A stretch of 60,616 bases of DNA, taken from NCBI GenBank assembly GCA_002633005.1, contig NMRA01000102.1, positions 115,076 to 175,691 on the forward strand. Direction: 5' to 3'. Below are positions 1 through 12,892 of the stretch, one piece after another. The notes under the pieces were generated by a model. The model made no database searches. It was not told where the DNA came from and saw only the letters and a list, made by a program, of their open reading frames with translations. The DNA is from Phoronis australis. Its lineage: Eukaryota; Animalia; Phoronida. Positions within the stretch are counted from its first letter, which is position 1; every line of letters starts with the position of its first letter. Position numbers and translations under genes: made by a program.

Positions 1-190
1 TTTTACGCTTCAGTAGAATGGTACCTAATGCCTTGCCTCAAATGAAAAACATGAAAATTTCTTGATTTTACGCTTCAGTAGAATGGTACCTAATGCCTTG
101 CCTCAAATGAAAAACATGAAAATTTCTTGATTTTACGCTTCAGTAGAATGGTACCTAATGCCTTGCCTCAAATGAAAAACATGAAAATTT
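1..190. repeat. 65-bp tandem repeat, about 2.9 copies, truncated by the window start
   Basis: TTTTACGCTTCAGTAGAATGG...TTTCTTGA recurs at 1, 66 and 131. Confidence 0.95.
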
Positions 191-384
191 CATCTCCTTC
201 TAACAGGTTTTGATATCAGAGGAGATGATCCTGCATGCAGGTTTTTTACTGTAGACTAGTAAAGTTTGGCTTTTGTGAATTTAATGTTAAGCTGATTAGT
301 GTACTGTTGTTGAAGGAGAATACTGTGAAGATTTGAAGTCACTTCCAGTGAAGTTTGTCTTCAAAATCATTTGTTGTTTTGTAG

Positions 385-582
385 CCCACAAAGTCTGGAG
401 GAACTGCAGGGAAAGCTACGCCTAAGAAACCTCCCAGCAGAGGGGGTACTGTGACCCCTGGAGTGCCCCCTGGGGAGAGATCAGGAGGTCATTCACCTAG
501 TAGTACCCATGGAGGGATATCGCCAATACCTGACACAAACCCTGTGATGGATACAAAGTATAGAGAAAAGTTATATGTCCAG
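385..582 (+). CDS. MYCBPAP: Penultimate coding exon of a MYCBP-associated protein-like gene
   Basis: ttttgtAG acceptor, 198-nt open exon PTKSGG...NPVMDTKYREKLYVQ, GTTAGT donor. Joins in phase 0 to 6275. The joined C-terminus resembles the MYCBPAP C-terminal helix (recalled, not searched). Confidence 0.65.
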
Positions 583-639
583 GTTAGTTGTATGGTGTAG
601 TGTAAAAAGACATGGTCACGTGACAATCACTGCATGACC

Positions 640-1120
640 GCGTTTTCCCGTTCAGTGACTTTACCAGACAAAGGGGCTTCTGAGCATATGATAACATCGA
701 GCTTCTTTGTGAACTGCCAAGAAAAGTCTTTTGTCTGTTATGACAACAGGCTTATTACAGACCACGTGTGAACACCAGCAAACCCAGAATGAATTAGTAT
801 ACATTCAGATCGAATAGATTATCGTAACTTCGGTTGCAGTTGGGTGATTTTGGCGATTCAAAAGCTAAACATGATCACCATTAGACAAGGATTTCAGAAA
901 TGCTATTGGTTTATGTTCAAATATGTTATAACTTAACTTTTTTTTTAACAGCATAGCCCAGTCAGGCTAGATATGATCTTTCTGAAGATTAGAGCAATTA
1001 TCGAACAAAAGAGAGCTGGCCCTCCAACCACGAATGCCAGAATAGAGTTAATCAGCCGTGTAAGATGTTGGCTACAGGGGTAAACTTCCCAACTTGTTGT
1101 TAGGCTATAGAATCGAACAA
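640..1120 (+). mobile_element. Dispersed repeat, probable non-autonomous DNA element fragment
   Basis: Reverse complement of about 24105-24627 (for example CGTTTTCCCGTTCAGTGACT / AGTCACTGAACGGGAAAACG). Confidence 0.75.
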
Positions 1121-1983
1121 GTTGGGAGCAACGGGAAAACACCGTAATGGGCAGATTGGTAAAAAGTTAACAAGCAAATTCTACAGGTTTTCTACTTTCA
1201 GAAAATATGTACTTTTACTTTAACGAGTTAAAATCTATAGTTTTGTAAGTAGTTGGCTAAATACACACGCTTTTTAAAAAGGTTCTACATAACCATAAAA
1301 AGGTTCTACATAACCATAAACTCACCAGTGGACAACTCTTATGCAAACATTTTTGAGTTTTGTTACACTAAGGCCTAAAGTGAGCTTAATTCAGACGGAG
1401 ATTAATCTGTCATAATCAATTCACAAATTAATGCGCGCAGCTTAGGTGTATTGCTGAAGAAATTCTATTTAATAAATTTTCTTATAATCCATCTATTTTA
1501 AAAATTCAAAGACAGGTAATATTTACTTTTCCATTTTAAAAACCGACATGTTATTAGTTTGCCTTACTTATCGTTTGTTTTTTAATTTTGAAACTAGTAT
1601 GCTAAACAGGCGCATCGTTTATGACTGCAATTATGTCAATCAATACAAATTCGGCCTAGGCCATGAATAGCGACTAGCTGACTTCAATCTGTGATGGCGC
1701 CACCTTTGATGTGCCAAGGACACTCTTGGGTGAACAGTGCATGCTTTCTCATCCACTTGCGTGCAAATCTTGTTAGCGTAAGATTTGACTAATGACTTTG
1801 TTAATACTTGTTTATTTGACCGCTGCTGTGGTAACGAATGCTCACATTGATCCCTCTTGTGGTAACGTCAATTTATTCTATTTGTAAAGTTTTCTGCATG
1901 TGGATATTTTATCATGATTCAGTCGTGGCACCTTTCAGTTCACGAGACACGACTTTACCCACCGAACTCAGAAGTCTTTTTAA

Positions 1984-3658
1984 AGGAGAATGCCACCCGT
2001 TTTAATTAGTCTTTTTTACCATCTTAATCGGTCTATATCCACATCACCTTTTATATGGTCGATCTCACCTTGCCGAGAGGTGTCGCGTTAACCTGTAAGG
2101 AAGGTGAGAAATGACGCAGCGACATCAGTGGTTCGTCTGCAGAGTAAATGCCGCTATATTGCGCTGCATCGTTCCCGCTTGTCTGAACTATGAAGCTGCG
2201 AAGAAAGCGGGTATATCATTTTTTCGACTTCCTCGAGAGCTGAAATGCTTAGGAAGTGGCTCGCGGTAGTGAAGAATGAAACGTACGCTGTTAATAGCAA
2301 GTATGAGGCCGTGAAACATCTCCGTGTCTGTGGCCAGTATTTCGTCGACAATGATTTCTCTGACTAATTCCGGCTTACCAAAGAACTATCCATACGTTCT
2401 GTTGCCTGTGCATGTTCACGGCGCCCCTCTAGTATTTCTCGATCAGTGTATTCTGGTTCGAACTGATAGCCTGTGAAACCTAACAATCCAACCCGTGAAG
2501 TCTTCGTCGGATGAGCTCTTGACTATAAATCGGGATTGGCGCCAAGCAAGTTGCCATGTAGACGTTTATTATTCTGCGTTCTGTTTCCAAATAAGTTATT
2601 CTCATCCTAACCAATGCTTGTATAAAACTGAAACAAAGTCTGTCTCATTAGATACATTTTGTAATGACTTTGCAGTAGGCCTATTTGTGAGTGCAAATGT
2701 TGAGAAGACAGCAATGAATAAACTACTGTGTTACCGGCTTTAGAAGCAATAAAGCTAATTGACCGGGCACCGAGGCCGTGTGAGCGCATGCTAATTCAGT
2801 GTTTGCTGACAGAAAGCTGTTGTGAAACAATTACTCGATTTTATATGCTATGGTCACATGTTAGGGGAATCTTTATTTAGAAATGCAAATACATTATTCA
2901 AATCATTGTTACTGTACAACCTTTGCCCTGACGGTCTGTGGAAGGGGAACCAGTCTTCACGGCCCCTGACAAGTAAGAGGAAGAAGATTTTCTATTTCAT
3001 GGCTAATTCACATAAATAATTACGTGCTCATTATTTCTTTGGCTCGCTATTATAGTATTTTCGTGACTGGAGGTTTAGTTTCCAACTCGAGCTGGTTTAT
3101 GTTCGTGCCAGACCGGCGGCGGCTGCGACGGGCCTGATCGGGTTCTGAGCCACTGGCCGGGATAACAAGCGTTTTGTATGTTTAGACCTCAAAAAATCAC
3201 AATTCTAAACAACACAGATCTAGGTTCTCCTGTCTGTATTTCACGGAAGAATACTTCGAATTTATTTCCGAACACACCCCAAACTCCTGCAATGGACCTC
3301 GGTAAATTGGCCTGCCGAACTTTGTAGGCTATGTTGTGTCCAAATACCAATAAATCCATAACAGTGAAATAAAACAACACGTTTTGATAAGAATTCGGTG
3401 TATTTTTAAGAGTTCTACTTCGAAGTTTGATGATTTATTGGTGTTAAATGATGAATTCAAGCGATAAGCTGACACCAGTAACCCGTGTTGTGAACTGCTG
3501 AACAGACTGCGTGTGAAACCAATAACGTCAATGGATAATTTCAACACCTCCGTGTGCCGACAGGTGTCAGGTAACGCAATTGAACGTGCCGTAGTCGAGT
3601 AGAACTACTCGATCTAAATTGATACAAAATAGGTTGTTTTTTTGGGTGGCATTCTCCT
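1984..3658 (+). mobile_element. Kolobok-like DNA transposon, defective
   Basis: 15-bp TIRs AGGAGAATGCCACCC / GGGTGGCATTCTCCT with TTAA on both sides; internal THAP relic; the right end has a second copy at 52235-52875. Confidence 0.8.
2148..2360 (+). pseudogene. Frameshifted THAP zinc-finger domain inside the Kolobok-like element
   Basis: RCIVPACLNY...GISFFRLP, frameshift, EMLRKWLAVVK...LRVCGQYFVDNDF matches the THAP pattern C-x-V-P-x-C...F-x-x-P...W...C-x-x-H-F, with H changed to Y. Confidence 0.75.
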
Positions 3659-4110
3659 TTAAACCTTTTTATTGTCAACCAGTGTCTGAATTCATATTTG
3701 TTTTTAAAGCACTCGGTTCGTGCACACCTGACCATCGAGGCATTGAAGTTTCTTCCATCATGCGATTACTCAAAACATATTTTCAAATACTAAAATGTTG
3801 GCTGGCTATTGATACAAATCATTTGAGTAGACGTATAGCATATATTTTATGAGCATGCTGACACACAGCTCACTATTGCATTGATACGTAACAACATGAC
3901 TTTTGTTGATGGTTTTGCATTAAAAATGATTGTTCACTCTGAAAAACATGATGTATATTTGTTTGTTCCTTTGGCCATTTAAAAGTTCTCCCTGGCAGCG
4001 TTTTGAATTAAAAACAAATAGTTAAATGAGCCACTGTGTGGCATAGCATCCAAAGTCCCTTAGCCTCCTTCCATTAATTATTTAGCAAATCTTTCATGTT
4101 GTAGAACAAT

Positions 4111-4231
4111 TATTGACTTTCACTCTTGGTCAATATGTTGGTTTTGAGACCCAAAAAATTGATAACGCCTCAGTCATTATCTCACTTTTAGGGTCTGCAA
4201 ACCAGCATTTTGACCTTGGTGAAAGTCAATA
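4111..4231. mobile_element. Palindromic MITE-like fold-back
   Basis: Nested inverted pairs TATTGACTTTCAC/GTGAAAGTCAATA, GGTCAA/TTGACC, GACCC/GGGTC, GATAA/TTATC. Confidence 0.6.
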
Positions 4232-5741
4232 AGTATAGTAACACATCTAAGATACTTTACTTATAGCCACTGTAAACTCACATTCTATCAAAGAAACAAA
4301 CTTTTGATTTAAACAAGTTATAAAAAGCTATGAAAGTGGTCTCAACTTGTTCCCGATGAGATGTTCTTGGGGTTGGAAAGAACTGTCACGACTTGGTCAT
4401 TGCTGGAAACATTCCTCAATACAAAAGTCACTTGCTCTGCCTTTGTATAGTCTGCTATCTAGAAATACAAACTGACAGTTCATTTCAAGCCTGTTAGTCA
4501 ATACCGACCAAAAAGACAGTTCATTTCAAGCCTGTAAGTCTATAGCAAAATGACAATTCCTTTCATTTAGGCTGGTATTTCAAGCAACATGTCGAGAAAT
4601 TGTGGATCATGCCGTGAATATTATGCTTACACAAAAGTCACGCACTTCTAAAGATATGCGCTCGTCCTTCTGAGCAGCTTTTACTGGGATCAAAGAGAGC
4701 ACGGCACCAGAGCCAGACTCAGTTGCAATGACTGTATTGTCCGGTGCGAGCAAGACCCAATTAAGTGTAATTACCCGACCATAAACTGTAGTAAACTTCT
4801 CTGCTTGTACTTAACTGGCGACTTTTAAAAATGCATTATCTAACAGTTTTCGTTAAAAACAAATACTACCGTGGTATTCAAGTGAAAAAACAACCAAGGT
4901 TCATTTTTGATTTTTAAAAATCGATGAACAATTAAGCTAAAAACTACGAAAATTGGCTATTATTGAAGGTAAACGACTGTGCGTATTGATATAATCAGTG
5001 GATTTACAAACACTGATCAGAGTTAATAATATCACTTGGTTTATTACTTTAATATATTTATGATTTGAGTTCTAATGATTGAACTTGAACTAATGGCACG
5101 TGCAGTTTTGTTTGTTGTAGCTGTAATCTGGAAATTTCAGGGATGGGTTCCCAACTGACTTCTACGTTGTTTTGAGACTTCGTTTAAACACAAAATAAAA
5201 AGATAGCAACCCTAACTGGTAAGAAAAAAACAAGTAGACAGGAGTATTAAAAATAAAGTAATGAAAACAGGTATGAAACATATTTAAAACCAACGATCCT
5301 GTGGGAAATTGGCCGTTTGTCAAGATCATTATATTTAAAATGTACCAAGTTAAAATTACTCTCCACATTGCAGGCTTTAACTCTGTGCAAATGCCAGAGA
5401 AAAAATAATTTGAGTGTAATAACGTCCACCATTTTTAAGAAAGTAGTGCTAACTATAACCTTTCCACTTCATTGGCTCAGATCTCCTTCAATACAAAGGG
5501 CGTGCTGAATAGGCAACTTGCAGGCTTTTCGTATTCAATAAAAGTAAAAATAGCTCCAGTGAATAAGTTGCACAATAACAAATGTAACATTTCACCAATT
5601 TAGGATGCAATATGGCTGTCGTGAAATTTTATTTCTTCATTTTTCATTAAAGATAAGTTCTACCAAATAAATTGTCATTTTCGAGTTCTGTGACAGCTAC
5701 CATCGGAGAATGTTTTGAGAAATTGTAGGCATTCACAACAA

Positions 5742-5921
5742 TGTTTGAAGACTTATACAAATGAAAAAGACGATGCTGTTATGTAGTACCAGCCATGTAC
5801 AGTGTTTGAAGACGTACACAAATGAAAAGACAATGCTGTTATGTAGTACCAGCCATGTACAGTGTTTGAAGACTTATACAAACGAAAAGACGATGCAGTT
5901 ATGTAGTACTAGCCATGTACA
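5742..5921. repeat. About 60-bp tandem repeat, 3 copies
   Basis: TGTTTGAAGAC...GTAGTACCAGCCATGTACA repeated. Confidence 0.9.
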
Positions 5922-6021
5922 TGAGTGTTCCAATGTTAACAAGAGACTAACTTTAAGAAATATTCTTGGTGAGTTTGACAAAGTAAAATTCCACTGTGGT
6001 CACACTGAAGGATGTTAACAG

Positions 6022-6193
6022 TTATGCCACCATAGATTATATAGTCTATGATGCCACCATAGATTATATAGTCTATGATGCCACCATAGATTATATAGTC
6101 TATGATGCCACCATAGATTATATAGTCTATGATGCCACCATAGATTATATAGTCTATGATGCCACCATAGATTATATAGTCTATGATGCCACC
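6022..6193. repeat. 27-bp minisatellite, about 6 copies
   Basis: TATGATGCCACCATAGATTATATAGTC repeated. Confidence 0.95.
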
Positions 6194-6274
6194 GATATTT
6201 TTGCTTCATCAATGAGCATTGATATGTACTTTGCGATCATATTTCTGTAACTAACTGGACAATTTGCATTTCAG

Positions 6275-6385
6275 ACGTACACACTGCTGTCGGAGATGTT
6301 TGACAGGATGTCTTCGTGTTTTGATGACATTAAAAATGACGAAGACATAAGGAATTTGGAGAAGCTGAATCGTGGAGAAAGATAA
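6275..6385 (+). CDS. MYCBPAP: Terminal coding exon of the MYCBP-associated protein-like gene
   Basis: tttgcatttcAG acceptor; TYTLLSEMFDRMSSCFDDIKNDEDIRNLEKLNRGER*; AATAAA at 6510. Confidence 0.65.
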   Translation, partial: TYTLLSEMFDRMSSCFDDIKNDEDIRNLEKLNRGER

Positions 6386-6509
6386 CTATTGTCAGCCGAC
6401 TCATTCATTTCGTGTTGTTTAAAGATTTATTGTGTTGAGATAATTGCTGAATTGTCCTGTCAATCAAACAGAGTAATGTTCCTGAAAAATGATATTTTAT
6501 TATAACAAT

Positions 6510-6515
6510 AATAAA
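6510..6515 (+). promoter_or_regulatory. Polyadenylation signal
   Basis: AATAAA 125 nt after the stop at 6385. Confidence 0.55.
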
Positions 6516-6907
6516 ACACTGTGATTCATATTGGTCTGCGGAGCAAGTTTGCTACATAGTGGTCTGTGGAGTAACTGTGCTTCATATTGGTCTGTGGAGT
6601 AACACACCGTGGAACACGTTTATAAAAAGAATTCTGGTTTAAAGTCCAAATTTAAATGCCTACTTGATGATTTCAGATGTAAAAATACTAACTTTGGAAT
6701 AAGGTCCCTTGCCTATAACTAAATCAGTTTTTGGCCACAGTAAGATTAAAAACCAGACAATCGCCGCACAAATAAAAAAGTTCATGTTCAATCCACGTTG
6801 ATTGAACATGAACTTAGTTTCTCATAAATCGCATTTTTCTTTCGAACGGCATTGTTTTCTCTCAAATGCAAAATTGATTATTATTGGGGAGAAAAGAGCG
6901 CCATTAT

Positions 6908-7050
6908 AAAACACAAGCAATGCGGAGCGTTGAAATGCGCCCACGAATGCATTGCAAAAGGTGTGCTTTTAGGGTTATTTAATTGTATCATAAAAATGGC
7001 CAGTAGATGGCGTAAAAACATACAATAAATCCAAAAACAGGAATATGCCA
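6908..7050 (-). mobile_element. 3' end fragment of the Helentron-associated (HINE/DINE-1-like) family
   Basis: Reverse complement of the family 3' end GTGGGCGCATTTCAACGCTCCGCATTGCTTGTG. Confidence 0.7.
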
Positions 7051-7052
7051 TA

Positions 7053-8116
7053 TTTATGCGCCCACATATTTATATGTGGACGCATTGTGCCGTCATCTCT
7101 GTCCGTCCGTCCAGGCGGCGTCCGCTGCTCTATCTCCAAAACCCTTTGACATACGTTCATGAAATTTGGCACGTATGTTCCATTCATGAATGGGACGGCA
7201 TGTGCGAACTTTTGGACGGATCCGACTACCGGTGTGCCCCCTAGTGGCAGCAATTTTAGTTTTTTACGCTTACCTTTGTATCTTCAAAAGTCCTGAACGG
7301 ATTTTCATGAAATTTGGTGTGTAGGCACCTATTAGTGAGCTGACGCTATCCTCCCGTTTTCAGATGGATTTGATGTAGTTTGCGCCACCTAGTGGCCATT
7401 TTTAGTGTTTTCGAGTCTGTTTTTGTGCGTCCACCCCTCTATCAACCAAACCGCTCAAAGGATGATTTTGAAAATTGGCATGTATATGGTTACTATGTAG
7501 AGGACGGTTGACGATGATTTTCCGACGATTTCGACTACTGTGGCGCCTCCTAGTGGCAGTTTTTTTTTTTGCGCCTATGGCTGTGTCTCCTAAACCGTTC
7601 GCAGGATCTTTACGAAATTTATTAAGTGTATTTATGTGATGTTGACAACGGACGATGATGACTTTAGGATGATTCTGACTACCAGTATGCCTCTAGTGGC
7701 AATTTTAGTATTTGCCTCTAGTGGCGATTTTAGTATTTTACATTGACCTCTGTATTTTCATAGGTCTTCAGGTGTATACTTTGTGTTACTTCGTGACTAT
7801 GAAGGAAAAGTTCCAAGTAGAAATTTGTTTCTGGCATTCTAATGCTGTGCTAATCTCGTATATTTGTTTTTAATTCTATGTTTCTGTGGTGCTTTAAGCA
7901 ACTGGTGTATAGGATGTGCTTGTATTATGAAGATTACTCACATTTTGCCCCTAGCCTATTGAGGAGACAATGACCATGCCTTTCCATTTTGCCAAGTACA
8001 ACATACTACATATATGCCCTCTACTGGCCACTTTATGGTACCAATAAACAACCCTAGAAGGATACCGTATGCGGTGCAGTTGTGGGCGCATTTCAACGCT
8101 CTGCGTTGCTCTTGTT
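7053..8116 (+). mobile_element. HINE/DINE-1-like element, interrupted at about 7770-8010
   Basis: 5' TTTATGCGCCCACATATTTATATGTGGACGCATT hairpin, (GTCC)n microsatellite, ~150-bp internal monomers, 3' GTGGGCGCATT plus stem-loop CAACGCTCTGCGTTG-CTCTTGTT. Confidence 0.75.
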
Positions 8117-8124
8117 CAAGGAAA

Positions 8125-9322
8125 ACAGAATAGTGGTCACAGTGTCCGTTGGATCTGCCTGAAAGTTGTCGTCTGTTATCTTCATATAAATACACTTACT
8201 AACACGCAAAACAAAACTACCACTAGGAGGCGCCACAGTAGTCAGTCACCATCATCAAAGGTCGTCTTCTCACTGAGAACATATATGCCAATTTTCAAAT
8301 GATTTGGTTGATACAGGGGTGGACGCCAAAAACAAGATTTGAAAACAGCAAAAATGGCCACTAGGTGTTGCAAAATACCTCGATTCCATCCAAAAACAGG
8401 AAGATAGCGTCATCACACCAATAGATGCCTATATTAAAAATTTTATGAAAATCTGTCGAGGACCTCTGAAGATACACAGTTAAACTTAAAAAACTAAAAT
8501 TGCCACTAGGAGGCACAGCAGTAGTCAGATCTGTCTGAAAGTCGTCGTCGTCCGTAGTCACATCATATACTCTTGCTAAATTAAGTAAAGGTCCTGCGAA
8601 CGGTTTAGGAGATACAGCCATAGGCGCAAAAAAACAAAACTGCCACTAGGAGGTGCCACAGTAGTCAAAATCATCGCAAAATCATCGTCAACCGTCCTCT
8701 TTATAGTAAGCACATACATGCCAATTTTCACAATCATTCTTTGAGCGGCTTGGTTGATAGAGGGGTGGTCGCAAACTCTCCAAAACAGTAAAAATGGCTA
8801 CTAGGTGGCGCAAACTACGTCGAATCCGTCCGAAAATGAGAGGATAGTGTCATCTCATTAATAGGTGCCTACATACCTAATTTCATGAAAATCCGTTAAG
8901 GACTTGTGAAGATGCAGAGGTAAACGTAAAAAAATAAAATTGCCACTAGGGGGCACACTGGTAGGCGGATCTGTCCAAAAGTCGTCATCGTCTGTTGTTA
9001 ACATCATATAAAATAAATACACATTTGAAGATACAGAGGTAATCGTAAAAGAAATAAAATTGCCACTAGGGGGCACAGCAGTAGTCGGATCCAAACGAAA
9101 GTCGTCATCTGTAGTTAACATCATATAAAATACTTACTAAATTTCATAAAGATCCTGCAAACGGTTAAGGAGATACAGCCATAGGCTCAAAAAAACTGCC
9201 ACTAGGAGGCGCCACAGAAGTTGAAATCGTCGAAAAATCGTCCACCGTCCTCTTCATAGTACACATACATGCCAATTTTCACAATCATCCTTTGAGCGGT
9301 TTGGTTATGTGGGTGCATAAAA
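8125..9322 (-). mobile_element. HINE/DINE-1-like element, inverted, about 8 monomers
   Basis: Monomers read GCCACTAGG(A/G/T)GGC on +; 5' remnant TATGTGGGTGCATAAAA at about 9306-9322. Confidence 0.75.
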
Positions 9323-11102
9323 ATTGGTTTATGAGGAAAGAAGTGAAATTTTGTGAATAGAATTGCAGCTTATGAATTATTTATTTCTGCAAAGCTAACA
9401 ATGCTTTTTTGGCCTTACCTCTGTAGACAAATACAAGAGAATATACAGGATGTATCAAATAATTTATTTCAGAAATATATATATATATATACAGAGTATT
9501 CTTTTGGGATTATAATCACAGTTGATATAATTTCAACCAACAGTCACACATCAGGTGTAATTTTTACAAGCAGAGAAAGCTACAACCTATCTACAACAAA
9601 TTTTCAACATTTTGGAAAGTAGATAAAACTAAGGAACATACTGGTCTTACTTCCCTATAGCAAAAACATAATTATCTGTTCATTATTGTCTTCAAATGTA
9701 AAATTGTTTAAATTCAACAACTGTAAAACACAACTGTGCATACAAAATGCTCATATTTTTGAAATCATTTCAAGTTCACGTGTTCAAGATATTATTGTTT
9801 TAGCAGAAAGCCAACAGGTTCACCAAATAAACTACAGTTCAAAGCAACTTATATTGACAAACGAGCACACAACACTAAGTCTAAATAAATAAATAAATAA
9901 AAGCAGTTGTTCATAAGCAACACAAACTGTGGAAAAACATTTATATTTATTTTCTATCCTGATGCATTAAAGATAACTTTTATTCACAAAAGAGTGCCCC
10001 TCTTGTTCGCTCATAATAAAGACCAATTGTTACGCAGATAACTTGGCTTCAAGTTCATTTTAAACAGACCACTTGTTATGCATGAGCATAATTCTTTTTT
10101 TTTCAACTTTTCTGTCGAAGTGTTGCACCTTGATTTTTTTTAAAAACCAAAAACCTTTAAACATCCAAAAAGATGTTTGAGGATCACAATTTCAATCTTG
10201 TATGATGAGTATGGAAAGCAGTTATTTGGTCAGTCAGAATGTTCACTTCTTTGAGCACTAACAAAAGGGCAATACTAACCTTTAAATAAACAGTAGGCCT
10301 TGTGAGAAATAACATTATTGCTTTTGCCCTGTTGCCGATAGAGAACTTGTACATTCAAGCTAGGATGTTGGATGTGAAAGGCACAGTGCACTGGAGATAC
10401 TAAATATGCATACAATTTCTTCGTTGACAAATTTTCAATAGGAATTGCAACAAAATTTCAGAACATTATAGTAGCGTGCTGAGACAACAAAACCTCATTC
10501 ACAAGGAATGCAGTTGGGACAGATATGTATGAAAAAGCATACAGCAATCTGATGTACGTGAAGCTATTAGACACATCTATAGTTTGGCCCATAGAATTAA
10601 AAATTTGATCATGGAATGGGACAGATGGCATACATTTTAAACTCCTCAATTAACTTACTGGTGAAGCACCATGAGATATTGCCACAGACATTCAATTTAA
10701 TTCCAAACTCAACTATTGTTCTTGATTGTTTTGCTAAATAACAAGCTTATGGAGAAAGATTCTTACAAAAATATATCCATTCACCAACCACCATTACTAC
10801 ACCATGGTCACAGACAAACATTACTCACATACCAATAATTAACAAACAAACATGAAAATTTTCAATAAATAAGTTTACAGCCAGTCTCAGCAAAAAGAAA
10901 CAAAGGCAATATTTGGTAAAATGTTTCAAACATCGATGTATAAGACAAATTTTCACTGGTAGATCCAAGACGTCCTTAGAGACCTGCTCACAATTTCTGG
11001 AGGACAACTGTTCATGGTACCCCTAAACAAAGAGGCATGTACATAAGGTTTCTCTGCTGTTGTATGCAAGGCATGTACATAAGGTTTCTCTGGTGTGGTG
11101 TC

Positions 11103-11195
11103 AGGACCAGTATAGAGGCCAGCAGGACCAGTGTAGCGGCCAGCAGGACCAGTGTAGCGGCCAGCAGGACCAGTGTAGCGGCCAGCAGGACCAGC
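11103..11195. repeat. 21-bp GC-rich minisatellite, about 4 copies, next to a 33-bp duplication at 11033-11095
   Basis: GGCCAGCAGGACCAGTGTAGC repeated; lies in the probable SERTAD 3' UTR. Confidence 0.9.
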
Positions 11196-12892
11196 CTCAA
11201 TCCAGTCATCACTTCATGTACTTCTATTACAATGTGACCTGTTTGCACACTTAAGCAGGTAATTAACAACCTTGAGTTGTATACAGACGGGCACCTGCCT
11301 CAGTACAATTTGCCCCAGGAGCATAACATTTGTTGCGCGTACACTCAGCAGTAGTGCACGCAGAAATTAACAAGCAATAACTTTCTCAACCTCCGAGATC
11401 ACAAGTTTGACCTATATGGTCAGAAGTGGCCAACAGCAGCTATGATTGGTCATCTGGACACACAATCGTGAACTTCAAAATTGTTCATAAAATCACACCC
11501 TCGGTGTGATGACTAGTACCTCTGAGCATCAAAAACTGTAAGTAAAAAATTTCTCATCCTAGACCTTTCACAGTATCTGTAAGGTCACCTGCACTGTTCA
11601 CGAGTTACCGTAAAGTGCAACCCATACAGTTCACCTTGAGGCACACCCCTCCTAATGCAGATAGATGGCAATGGTCCCCTTGGTCAGCAACACCTTTCAC
11701 TACATTATTAAAGCTAGATTTTAAATTTAGAATGAAAGTCTAGGTGTATATGTAAACACCTGTCTGACAATGGACAGATACAGGGAGCACTTGCTACTCC
11801 TGTGCTGCTCCAAAAGTGACCAATTGTGAGGGCCAGGATCCCCTCGCCATCTCAAGATCTGTACCTTAATCCAGTTTTATTCATTCCCAATACAGCATGC
11901 TTTCATTCATACACATAATGACCACTTCGCCGAGTATACATGGATCGTAATCACTGGATCCAGGAAATAATTGGGCAATATACTCTCATTGATATTACCC
12001 TTAATACAACACTATCAAAAAATGACATGTCAAATTAACTTACAAACAGGCACGCCTTCAAAGACAGAGATCACAACAGTATCGAGACCCAGCGAACAAA
12101 ATATCAATACATATAATTTGCCATCACGAGACTTTTCAAGATCTGTTTTCACAAAAATAGATTCCTTCAATACTAGACCAGAGATTCTCCTAATGGCAAT
12201 AGTCACTTCAGGGGTCCCAGAATTTCTAGAATCAGTTTGATGTCCTTTACTGCAAGCAGCGTGTAATACCTATAAGTGACTACTACCCACCGCACAACAG
12301 ATTCACTTTCTTACAAAGTTTGTGAATGTTGCAGTACTAACAAGAACATTCGCACATTTCTTGGAAGAGACATCATTTTGCAAAAGGCACACAGACAGAC
12401 ATGACCATCAACATTAACAGCTTAATTTAACAATCATTTTAATAAAATACTGAATACAATGCTATCGAGTCATCAAGCACAAATGATGGCTTCATCACCT
12501 CCAGTTGATAATGCAGTGTTTCCAATTTCAACACAGTGAAGTGTACTAGACTATCAACCTAAGTGGTGACATGCACCTTCAGAAAAGAAACCTACAATAT
12601 CGAGAACTTCTGGTGTTGCACAAAAATAATTGCCAAATGAAACTTACATGATAAAATTTCATCAATTCAGAACACAATTAGGCAAAAAAACGTAAGGTTT
12701 ACTTCATTAAATTTCTCAACAAAAATACATGAAAAGATAATTATACTTTACAACTAAGAAAGTTTGCACTGTAAACAAGTCACCACCAAAAAAAAACATC
12801 TTTTGGGAAACTGACATTGTGGAAAAATTGAAGAAACTTTAACAATGGTGGATTACCAAGAGATCAAATGTGCTACACAGGCTCGACACCAG

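Noticed and set aside
207-240. Possible small exon (FDIRGDDPAC) upstream of 385
   Set aside because: Weak donor (GTTTTT), and that reading is not in phase with the exon at 385; no independent support.
7053-9322. CRISPR-like regularly spaced conserved motif (CTAGTGGC every ~150 bp)
   Set aside because: The intervening sequences are homologous monomers rather than unique spacers, there are no cas genes, and the context is eukaryotic.
11012-11269. Hydrophobic (LVLLAAT)n ORF that looks like a membrane peptide
   Set aside because: Arises from a 21-bp tandem repeat that is open in frames on both strands.
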